From contig NC_079167.1 in assembly GCF_947568905.1 (NCBI RefSeq), positions 61,318,001 to 61,382,000 of the forward strand: DNA of 64,000 nucleotides, given 5' to 3'. This document shows positions 14,001-24,700 of the stretch, piece by piece (position 1 is the first letter of the stretch; each line of letters begins with the position of its first letter). A program made the position numbers and the translations under genes. The notes under the pieces were generated by a model. It ran no database searches. It worked only from the letters and a program-made list of their open reading frames with translations, and had not been told where the DNA came from. Source of the DNA: Ostrea edulis. Lineage: Eukaryota.

Positions 14001-17000
14001 CTTCAGGGTCTGTAAAATGGCAAGTCGTATTACAGCAGAAAATATTTTTTAAGGATTCAATGCCTTATTTTTCTTTGAAGTAAACTGTCTACTACTGTAT
14101 CTCATTTATCAAAACAATAAAATGCAAAAGCAGGTTAAGAATTTTTTTTTCTGCTATGCTAGCTACCTTCCTCACCCAATAAAACAACAAAAAGCCATTT
14201 CATTGTTTATCTTTATATTTTTATGTATTTTCTAAAAATAAAAACTAAATTTAAGTTCTGAAAGATCATATTGTTAACCATTTCGTTACTTTAAATGGAA
14301 CAACCAATGCAACCTTTGACCTTGGCGAGGCTCTGTATTTGGTAATGATTACGCGGAGAGTGGTAACTAAAAAAACCCAGATCGAACTAGTTTGCAACAA
14401 ACATGTATTCATTGTCTATGATGAAAGCAATGTCAATTTCTAAAGAAATATAAGAGAAAAGATTCAGTGAATGTAAAGATATACCCATACACATAAACTA
14501 TAAACATGCATTAAACAAGCAACACAGTAACATTGAACTAACTCACTTTCATGTCTGTTGGCCATGAGTATTCGAGGCATGAGCTTGTCATCACAGTAAT
14601 CTCGAAAAGAATCCCGTACCATCTTCTCTTCCTCTGTTAATTGATTCTCCAAGTTAAGAGCATCTTGCCAGTTAAATTTTGCTATGCAAAAAATGAAATA
14701 AAAATGAATTACATAAATGAAGTGGACCCAGTTGCAGCGAATTCACAGAAGTAAACATGGTAGAGAGATGGGTGTCCACAATAACCTTCATGCATACCTG
14801 TCGTTTTTGTAGACGATTTCTTCTCTGTCAGCTTTTGTGTCTCTTAGTATTCATCAAGGAATCTAAACTCTCATATAAACATGCACTTACAATCTTCAAT
14901 AGACTAATGAGTGCAAGTTTCGGTCATTTAAGGAACTCTGAATGCTCAGCAGTTGACCTGGTTGTTTTTAGAATTCAGAATCGACTACAGTCATAAACAC
15001 CAATGAACGTTCTTTTAACATGAATAACAACCTTTTAATTGTAACACAACCTATTTTATCTCTGTTGAGGATCAAACCCAGGACCTCTAGCATGACAGTC
15101 CAGCGCTCCGTCAATCGAGCTTAAGAATATATACAACGCATGTCAATATTATATATTTTTTGGAGACATTTCACATACAATTCATTTGCATTCTATCTTG
15201 TTTCTAGAAAAAATATTGGGGTATATTGTCTGGATTAGAGATGACTTGTGATAGTTCCTGGTTGTTGCAAACATAAATTTGTAAAATCAACTCTTATGTA
15301 TTTATACAATAGAATGTATACCGGTAAATGAACATTACGGATAAAAAAATCTTTACAAGAATCGGGTATTGAACTTGGGACCCTTACCTTACTAATTAGA
15401 TGATCTAACCACTGAGCTACCCAGAATGGTAAACAAAATATGGCAATATTACAACAAAATAAAACATAAACCTATTTCAAAAATAGAAGAACTTTTCATA
15501 AATAGGAGATGAAAAAATTTGTTTTGAAAAAAATGTCAGAAAATTATGCATGTCCCAAAAGGGTCAGTCCATTATCCAGAGCAAGTAGGAAGGCCATTTA
15601 ACACTACCACATTGTCCCCCTCCTGTGAGGCATCCTGAAGTGCCAGTGTCTGAAAGGCGAAGTTCTGAGGGCAATCACTCTCACGCATCAGATAGTACTC
15701 GTGTCCCACAGCGAAGTTGTCCGGGGAGTCCAATATCTAGGATATCAGAGTAGAGATGAGCTTGAGTGATATAATTGTGGTCAGAAAGGACACTTAATTA
15801 GTAATAGGAGGATGGATCATAGAAGAGCCCATATAAACTACAACAAGCCAGCTTCTGGGGGTAAGGGGTTGGCAGGAAGACAGAAAACTCCAAGTAAAAA
15901 CTAAATGGAGTATAAAATAAATTGACAGTTGTCATTAATGGCACACAATGCCAAACACCTCTTGAGAGTGGAGCCACACTATTGTATTGATAAGTTGATC
16001 TAAACTGAATGTGCAGATGGGTAACTGATGCCTTACATTGAGTTCCGATTGCTTATAACACTGGCATTTATGGAAGTCTGATCTCACATTAAAGAGTGGA
16101 TACATGTACTGCATTACCTGTTGAGATTATCAGACCATCTAACTCTCCTTTTCTCTTCATTTGTCCTTATTAGGAAGGCAGATGGATCATTGCTTCTGTG
16201 CAATAACTACAGGCTGTTGAACACTAGAACCATGAAAGACAACAATGCTCTTCCAATGGATTATCTAGATTGAAAAATTACAAAGCAGCACATACACAAG
16301 GGCAGCTGCTCATTTACTCAGCTACAGTTATGTAAACACGTGATTTGAAATACCCCAAATTGTAGGATGGTTGCAAATGTGGCCATAGTTTTTTCTACTT
16401 TGACATGTTGACAAAAACAATGACTGCGCTTGGACGGTATAGAATTACCGTCCTATCGATACCTAATATGTCATGCTTCGTCCATCAACAATGCTCCGAA
16501 CCCGATGAGAAATGTCATGCAGTGTTTCCCTTAAGGAAAGGATACAAATTATCTGAATTTCCAGAATGAGATTTTGTAGAGGGCTATACATATTATTTGG
16601 GTACTTTGACATATCAATAAGTGACCCAAAACACACAAAATTAATAGCCTGAAGTTACACTTCGTCAAGGTCAACTGCAATGTTAACGCTGTTTGATTTA
16701 TAATATAAACCACAAAAACAGCATTCATTTCACACAAAAATCTGAATTAGATATTAATATATAACTCTAGTCTCTACAATGAAATCACACCAAAAAAACT
16801 TATTCTGACAGAATACCCAAAACAACTGTATTTACAGGGCATTGAACATTCAAACATGAAAATAATGTCCTTATTAAACGATCTGTTTTCTAAAAACAAA
16901 AAAAACAAAAAAAATACAGAGAATAAGATAAACCAAATTCAATCTAACATCATTTTCAATACATCAAAATTTAAAATTATGTAATTATTGATTAAACCAA

Positions 17001-17342
17001 AAACAACCATCTCGCAGATTTTTATCAAATTTGTGTGTCCCATGACTCTCTTCAAATGTCATAAATCATCCTGGATACCTAAATTAAATAAGTATCATAT
17101 TAACATTTATAATAACAATGTCCAGAAAAAAAAGTCACCATAAAACAATGTGTATATTCAGTAGCTGAGTAGGCCTGACAAGTTGCCAGTTGGAACTCAT
17201 ATTATTCAATCTGGAAAAAAATCTAACCACATTTGATACAACAAAGGATACGTGCAATAGTTCCCTGAGTCCGGCATGCTATATACCGAGGACTACCATT
17301 GAAGATTGTCTTAAATAACGGCGAAGTAGATTTCAGCGACAT
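2004..17342 (-). CDS. GCDH: Glutaryl-CoA dehydrogenase, mitochondrial (10 coding exons, 424 aa)
   Basis: Exons in transcript order: 17342-17252, 14681-14547, 13173-13050, 11222-11113, 7434-7305, 4605-4383, 3667-3564, 3342-3217, 2540-2380, 2074-2004. All introns GT-AG with compatible phases; total 1275 nt. Motifs [121 protein letters not shown]. The first exon encodes an S/T/K/R-rich, acid-free presequence ([30 protein letters not shown]) and is less certain than the rest. Confidence 0.95.
4606..4973 (-). repeat. Minisatellite (45/56-bp units) made of the GCDH exon-6 acceptor plus exon start
   Basis: Seven extra copies of tgacttacacttacag|GATTACTA...TTCATTGTATAA, with AG at 4651, 4696, 4741, 4797, 4853, 4909 and 4954; authentic AG at 4606-4607. 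Confidence 0.95.
5334..5488. mobile_element. Hairpin MITE-like palindrome
   Basis: aaatagaggatctt...atgaaatttatgaaat...ggatttgat pairs with atcaaatcc-like...atttcataaatttcat...aagattctattt. Confidence 0.6.
6560..7321 (-). repeat. Minisatellite (about 30-40-bp units) made of the GCDH exon-5 end plus donor site
   Basis: About 22 extra copies of AATGG(G/A)ACAAAGTCATG|gtgtgt(a/g)tgtgtttt with a variable (GT)n tract; authentic donor at 7304-7303. Confidence 0.95.
8284..8429. mobile_element. Hairpin MITE-like palindrome
   Basis: ttacacagtcagtttgggacgtaatacggag...gggtgtgaaatggaa / ttccatttcacaccctgg...ctccgtattatgtcccaaactgactgtgtaa. Confidence 0.7.
8551..10014. mobile_element. Non-autonomous TIR element, PIF/Harbinger-like (TAA TSD)
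   Basis: TIR gggctattccagaaat...atttctggaacagccc flanked by TAA on both sides (8548-8550, 10015-10017); no transposase ORF. Confidence 0.65.
11203..12105 (-). repeat. Minisatellite (57/52-bp units) made of the GCDH exon-4 acceptor plus exon start
   Basis: 16 extra copies of cagatagtcactacattgagtcactcgattttaacag|(GGTAG)ACAGTAGATATAGAT; authentic exon start is GGTAGACAGCGGCTATAGAT at 11222. Confidence 0.95.
15061..15422 (-). repeat. Two degenerate tRNA-derived SINE heads (15061-15123, 15357-15422)
   Basis: A-box-like ggtagctcagtggttag and B-box-like gttcaatacc / gtttgatcc; stems incomplete. Confidence 0.5.
15560..16080 (+). mobile_element. Highly decayed Ty3/gypsy-like gag-protease relic
   Basis: [10 protein letters not shown] zinc-knuckle remnant (15767-15800), [18 protein letters not shown] aspartic-protease-like motif (15922-15985) and ADG*LMPYIE (16013-16042), in gag-pro order with stops. 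Confidence 0.45.
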
Positions 17343-17940
17343 TGTAATCGTAATGTTGTGTTTCGAAAGAGTAACCTTGACCGTCAACGACACACCTCCG
17401 GTGAATATCGATCCCGATGTATAACCATAGGAACTTCTGGTGCAGAAAGTAGTTCTAAGTTGACTATACAGAATGACTGTTGGGGGTGATCCGCTGAAAA
17501 ATCACATATTTTATATAAATGTTTGGTTCTACATTCATTTTTATGGAAAACACCTCAAGAATCAACTCAAATTTCTCTATTTTGACGCCAACTGAGAAAC
17601 TAATAATTAAAACAGCCCCATTCATATTCGCAGTGTCCACTTACCCCAAAATGTTGGGGTAACTGGACACATTGTAAAACCCGCGAAATCTAAATCAAGT
17701 TTTCTCTCATGAAATTTGCTTTCTATATATAGGCTTTGATTTTGTTAATAAAATGCAATTTCCAAATCACATAATAACACTTACATATAGATTTTTAAAA
17801 AAAAATAAATGTACTATATTTGCAAAACATTGTGGATCTAATGGCCAGAAAGAAAAAGACCTGGCCATGCGCCACCTATCAATCTAATTAAAATCAGATC
17901 TTCTCTAACAGTTTGTTTATTTCATTTCGAAGAGCTTTCA

Positions 17941-18182
17941 ATATCATACACTAGCAACAATTACGATCAGGTGTTATTTCATCGTTTATACGGCTCATAT
18001 GAACAGAAAATTCGTCGTTGAAAAAACAGCAAGTATGATATTATAGTAACGGAAATGAATGATTATAGTAATGAAGAACTTCTATCATCCTCGCTGTTTT
18101 TTCAACGACGAATTTTCTGTTCATATGAGCCGTATAAAAGATAAAATAACACCTGATCGCAATTGTTGCTAGTGTATGATAT
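17941..18182. mobile_element. About 240-bp near-perfect palindrome (MITE-like)
   Basis: atatcatacactagcaacaatt...cgtcgttgaaaaaacagc / gctgttttttcaacgacg...aattgttgctagtgtatgatat. Confidence 0.75.
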
Positions 18183-18189
18183 TTCTTAC

Positions 18190-18275
18190 CTACATATCAT
18201 TCGCAAATAAACAATACAAATAGATATAATAAGTGAACGTGGTCTTTCCGGAATTTCCTTCCGCCATCTTGGGAT
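18190..18275 (-). promoter_or_regulatory. Putative GCDH non-coding first exon / core promoter
   Basis: YY1-like AAGATGGCGG (18270-18261), ETS-like CCGGAA, and a strong donor TAG|GTAAGA at 18190, about 850 bp upstream of the GCDH ATG. Confidence 0.45.
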
Positions 18276-18398
18276 GATAGTAACGATCGTTACTATCATC
18301 AGTTTAATACCAGTGCTTATGGTATCTTTTGCATTACAGTGGAGTTAATCATATGTACTTATACTACCTTTACTATTATTACATGTAGGGTTGTTATG

Positions 18399-18401
<3 letters not shown>

Positions 18402-18443
<42 letters not shown>

Positions 18444-18552
18444 AGATTGTGCTTTTAAAAAATCACAGTGTCCGGTATAAAATATTAAAAGAAATAGAAT
18501 AAACAGTACACAAAGTCAAAATTTAAAAATTATATACATGTATATATATATA

Positions 18553-18607
<55 letters not shown>
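18402..18607. repeat. Two (TA)n microsatellites
   Basis: TA runs at 18402-18441 and 18541-18607. Confidence 0.9.
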
Positions 18608-18610
<3 letters not shown>

Positions 18611-18996
18611 ATTACGGGGGCACAAAAATGAAATTGAACATTTGCTTTTCAAAAGCATTATTCTTGTATTGATATTCAGAATCTTTCTGGGGGGGGGGGG
18701 GGGGGGGGGGGGGGGACGAGAGTGCACATTAATTTTGTATCGCTATCAACAATAATCATTCATGTTTCAAAAATCATCATAAAATTTAAGGACAATATTT
18801 TTTCTCTTTCATTTCACTAATGAACATAATTTTCTAAAGTACTTCATACATCGTGCATTCTGGTCTCTCATATTTTGCACGTGCACGCTACTTTGTATTG
18901 TATTCTAATTTACATAGCGACTTTTCTTCACTGATTAAAACAACTAATATGAGGTCATAATTTAACAATTTTAGGCGATTCCCACAATACCCTCGC

Positions 18997-19045
<49 letters not shown>

Positions 19046-19407
19046 GTATGTAGGCTACAGCGACCAGGTTCGGAATACACCAACATTGAATTTGAAAATT
19101 TTATCAACCGTGTGGTTGGGTGTTTGACTAGTCTAGTACCCGAGGCCAAGCACTCGGAAGGCCTTGGGTACTAGGCTAGGTGTTTGACCTGAATGAAAAA
19201 TATGAATTATTTTTTTAAAAACTATATGCAACAGTAAATTACAAACAAATACACCAGAATAAGTACATATATTTTATTTCTCTTCTACATCCTTATCTTT
19301 TTATGAAAATGTAATGTAACGTGTTCATTTGGGGAAAATGTCACAGGCACCTGAAGTATGGATATTACTACCCTCCCCCCGGGGAGGGCTATATTATTGC
19401 ATCTAGA

Positions 19408-19950
19408 CAAACACGGACCCCTGGATATACCAGAGGTGGGATCAGGTGCCTATAAGGAGTAAACATTCCCTGTCGACCGGCCACACCCGCCGTGAGCCCT
19501 ATAATTATATCTTGATCAGGTAAACGGAATTATTCGTAATCAAAATCAGTGTGCCAAGAACGGCCTAACAATCGACATGAAACACGTCAGACAGCATTTG
19601 ACCCGATGATAGACTATATTGGCAAACTAGATCGTTATAACGACCATAGAGTTTGCGAAATGCTGACTTTAAACGAGGCTGTTGAAACCCCTGCACCATC
19701 AACTTGTTTGTCACTAGCCTGCTTTAAAATCTGACCAAATGCAGAACAAGTTCAGATTGCGTGTCGAATCAGTTGAGAGATACAAACACCATATGCAGAT
19801 GATAATGAAATGTTGCTACATAAATATGGGGAAGTTAAAATCATCCCTTTTGTCATAAAGTTGAGTTGTTAGTCTGCCGTTAATATCTACTTGCAATAAA
19901 ATATCTAAGTATGAAGCAGAAGTGGACAACTCTGTGGTGTCTTTTATTTT
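19408..19950 (-). mobile_element. Penelope-like element 3' fragment
   Basis: Reverse complement of the 3' RT/UTR region at 26130-26570 (cagaggtgggatcaggtgcc, gcgaaatgctgactttaaac). Confidence 0.8.
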
Positions 19951-21193
19951 GAGTTCATTGGGATATATCGAATTGACTTATGAATGAAAATTATTATTGT
20001 TATAGATAATACGTCGTCGATATATCTAAATGTCGAATTGAAGGCCACAACAAGAGATTTATTCTTTTCACGTAGAAGTTTTTAAATAAATTTTACAGAG
20101 AAATCTGGGACTGTTTTGTTGGGAAATACTTCAATAATTGTTGTTTTGCATCCATAAATTTCACATGATTTCAAGACAAAGTAGAACAATCAATTTACGT
20201 TACTGTCGCCGCAGAATTTGAAAATTTAGTCGTGCTTTTGATTTCCCATCCATATAACTCTTTTTTAATCAGCGTATAGTATAAATATCGAAGTTCAATG
20301 TTTGCGCATGAATTAACTCATAATATATAATATTAGTTAAAGATGGGGAAAATCGTAAAGAATAGGATGTCGCTTAGAAAATTCAAATGATGAATTATAT
20401 TGATAATCGGACAAAATAGAACGTAATTTTTTCTTCTTCTAGATTTCATAGAAATACAACATTTAATCAACAGCAATTAAGATTTGCAATTATGCATCCA
20501 TTCGCAAGTATTTTATGTACCGTTCGTTTACTTATGTGTTGTTTTATATTTATATCTGAATATTGAATAAAGAAATCTATTTAATATATTCAATATGTTT
20601 ATCAAGTTCATTTAAAGATAAGATGACTTTTTATATATCAAAACATTTTAAATGACTTGAATAATTTAAGGAAAAGGTGTCAGTAAATTTTTACATTACC
20701 GATAATATCGTTACGAAAATTGGATACGATTTTACTCAATATCGAAAGTTAGCAGAACGAGATGTTTTTGATCTACAATATCGCGTGACTTATCCATAAA
20801 ATTGTATGATTATGATAAAATTGTATAATTATGATAAAATTTAATGTGACACATATATCGAGAGAATGACAAATAAGTCAATAGTACTTAACGTAAAAAT
20901 GTTATGACAGTGTTTTAAAGTCTTAAATACCAGTATTTGGTATAGATCTATTCAAAGACGAAGTCTTTCGAAATAAAGGTCACATAAAAACTTAAATGGT
21001 CATTGCTATTTCATCCTGAGTTAATTTCCAGAGACGCTTTGGTTTTCCTGACGCTTGTAACGAGTATATTTCTGCAAAGCTTTATATAGGGCCTAGTAAC
21101 TGGAACAATAGAGATTGACATTAAAGTAAAGTGGGCGTGGTCAAATACTACAGGTGAATAATTTACATCGGGACCGAAATTCAGAAATAAATT

Positions 21194-21216
21194 AAAGTAA
21201 AAGTTAAACCGAAACC
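21194..21216 (+). promoter_or_regulatory. ISRE/IRF-E-like motif upstream of viperin
   Basis: AAAGTAAAAGTTAAACCGAAACC about 500 bp upstream of the ATG; TATA-like TATATA near 21556. Confidence 0.4.
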
Positions 21217-21716
21217 TTGTAATAGGAAGTAAAAACTACAATAAGTTGTTTGCCCCTACAGTTTTCTAATACTTCATGAACTAGTTTAATTTTACTAACC
21301 GTGAAAAAGTGGATTTACACGTGATATGCATATGTAACACTGTTGATTTTGAGAATTGTGAGTGTAAGGAACGATAACCCTGCGTAGAGCTTGTCAAAAT
21401 ACAACCACTGAACCGGAACGTCTAGAAAATTAATACATTTGTGTACTTGATTTCAACGTGCAAAGAAAACCACGAAATATATACATTTCTTTATTTCTTC
21501 GGTTTTTCTTATCATAACCTAACCTGCGATAAGTCTATTTTTATCCGGTGAGGCTTATATATAGGCCCTGTTCTTTCCTAGGTTTTCCAAGAATAAATTT
21601 AGAAAGCAGAAGTAGATAAAACCCCAATTCATTTTTTGAAAAACTTGCAGGCTGCGATATAGGTACTAGCTAGATGTGTATTCGAACAATCATATAATTT
21701 AGAGACTAAAAGTAAC

Positions 21717-24700
21717 ATGGATATATTTTCCGTAATAGTAGCGCTACTTTCGTTAATAGTATTGATCGCAGTCTTCGCCATCAAACGCATGACTTTCAGG
21801 AGTAGGCCTTCATGTGAACATGATACGAAATCTGAGGAATCGAGAAAACAGGACGAATTAAAGCCGATAAGCGTGAACTATCATTTAACTCGGCAGTGTA
21901 ATTATAAATGTGGATTCTGTTTCCATACAGCCAAAACATCGTATGTGTTACCTATTGACGAGGCGAAGAAGGGACTGAAATTGCTGAAAGAAGACGGTAA
22001 AGTCTCTCTATATATAGTACATGTATTATGTTGTTCGAATTGATGTACTGTTAAAGATGTATGTGCTGTATGAAGCAGTATTTTGTTCGATCTTCAAAAA
22101 ACAGACCAAAATTATGTCAGTATGATAAGATATGTATGGCACGCCAAATTCACAAAAATGAGCTAAACATAGTTTCACAGTTGATAAACTAGGTTTATCG
22201 ACTGTAAACTATAGTTTATGAACTGTAAACTATAGTTAACGATTCGTTAAATATTGTTTTCATCCGTAAAACTATATTTAACGGTTGTAAACTATAATTT
22301 ACAAATGCTAATCCAAGTTTATTTGTCTTTAAATAAAAGTTAACAATAGATTTTGCTGATAAATACAGATTCACATTTGTAAACTATAATTTACATTCGT
22401 TAACTATAGTTCACAATTGTTAATCCTAGTTTCACAAATTGTGATACTATATTTATCAGATAAACTTAATAATAGTTTAGACTTGTAAACCGTAGTTTAC
22501 AATCGTGAAACCGTATTTATCAGATAAACTATGTTTTGCAATCGCTAATGATTGTTTTCATTGTTAATTATAGTTTACGCTTGTGAAACATAGAATATCT
22601 GTTAACTATGGTTTACAGATGTGAAATATAGATTAACGTCGTTAACTATAGTTTACGGTCCGTAAACTATAGTTTACAGTCGATATAAAACCTAGTTTAT
22701 CAACTGTGAAACTATGTTTAGCTAATTTTTGTGAATTTGGCGTGCCATAGATATGAAAAATGATACGATTTGACAAGTTCGACAAATTATATACGTGTAT
22801 TAAAGGAGTACTGGTCTACTGAATGTAAGGGGGGAATGCAACGATGGTTTTCTGATGCAAGTTATGAAGGAATGGCTTTATGGTGGATGTGCGCAAATGC
22901 TCGAGAAAAATGTTATTAGAAACACTACGGGAGATAAGGATTTCGTTTACAGTATGTAGTCAAGCAACGTAATAGATCACGTGATCATGGATATATTTCG
23001 ACTGAGAGACTACATGGTATATTAATTTAGGCTATATGAGTTAAACAATTTATGCAAAATATGAAATTTAACTCAATCGGATTAAAAAGTTAAAAATACC
23101 AGAAAGTGATCAAAGAACACGATAGGTTGCATGAGGAATATGTTTTGGTTCCAGCTCTCTGACAAAGCTTGTAACAATATTGTCTTTGTTTGTAAGGCCC
23201 ATTATTACAATTGTATTTTTTAAAAACGAATTTTGGGCTAATTCCACATTTGATAATCGTACTTATACTCCAACTGCCCTTTCAAAAGATGAAATTCTTT
23301 AAAAATAATGCTTCAGTTGTAGACACATTTTTATCCCAGTCAATGCACAGGTGCTTGTGGACAGGACTTCCGGTACCCCCCTTCTTTTATTTTTAAATGT
23401 TCAATTCCTTGGGTATTTCGGACGTATTTTTGATAAAATATGTAACTTCAGAGTTTATCTATTTCAATGGAATACACAAATCTCTCATAGAAACCGTTTT
23501 TAAAAATGTCATGTCACCGATCATAATATATGAACAAGGTGTGCAACTCAGCCAGCGACATGTTGAAAAAATCTACACCTCGCTGAGAAATCCTATCGAA
23601 AAAACACCAATAATGCATATACCAACTGAAAAGAACGGTCATTCTAAATCTACTGATGATTCGTGGATTAAATGCATCGCTATTTGGTGCGCAATAATTA
23701 CTTCACATCGCTCAATTTCATCGTTTTAACCTCGCTACTTCTCATTTCTGACTATAACGAACGGAAGTTGTGATGTTGGAATATTTCTGTCGCAGCAAAC
23801 TATTTTTAGAACGAGAAAACCCGAGACGAGGTCTTCCGAATACCATTAGCTACAGGAAAAGGGAAGAGAATACCGATCATAGTAATCAAGTCTAGCTACA
23901 TGTAAATTCATTTAACTGGTCAAGTCGGTTGTGGAAAGACTAGCACATCCACAAATATAATTAAAAGCCTCATAGTGTTGGGTAGGTAATTTATCATAGA
24001 AATCAGAAAGAACCATGCAAGCACAATATATTGACAATGTTCCACATTTCAGTTATAAGGCCAACTATATAGCATTGGCTAACATTCGTTTTTTAAAAAG
24101 AAACAAAATAGTTTATCAAGCCCCTTACATATGATCAGATCCAAATTCGATTAAAAAGTAGGGGGGGGGGGGGCAAATTAATTGATAAAGGAATGTAAAA
24201 ACTCTATGTTATAACTTAAATATAAGATTAAACAAATATCAACAACCAGCACTTGTGCATGCATCGCACACATATTTTGTGTATAGTTCACATCATGATA
24301 AAAAAAACTACCCGCTTCTACCCCTACCCCACTCCCAATATCATTTTAGATAATTATAATCAAAGATCGATCTGTTCAGTATGACCTAATCACAGGGGTT
24401 CAGGCCCCCACCCTTCTCCGAAGAACATACATGATTCGACTTTTTGGTTGAAACTCTCTACTGCTTATCAGCAATGTCTTGCAAACACAATAAAGTCAAC
24501 TCATGTAGGTTATTCGGGGGGGGGGGGGGGGCATTGTGTCAACACCATTATGATCCAAATCATATCGTATAGGGTTAAGAGTTTACAATGATAATATATT
24601 TGGATATATTAAAAGTGGTATGGTTCCAATAATGTGTAAGTGTGCATGTCTTTAAAGTCTTTCCACAACCGATTTGAAATATTTTGATCGGTATTTTCTT

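Noticed and set aside
14798-14842. Extra short GCDH exon ending at CAG|GTATGC
   Set aside because: No polypyrimidine tract and an in-frame TAA just upstream; direct splicing 17252 to 14681 already gives the conserved P-x-F-x-W-Q-D. A minor alternative exon cannot be excluded.
18689-18715. Poly-G/C tracts as G-quadruplex elements (also 111-126, 9968-9990, 24160, 24516)
   Set aside because: Simple homopolymers, mostly inside TEs, with lengths unreliable in assemblies; nothing points to function.
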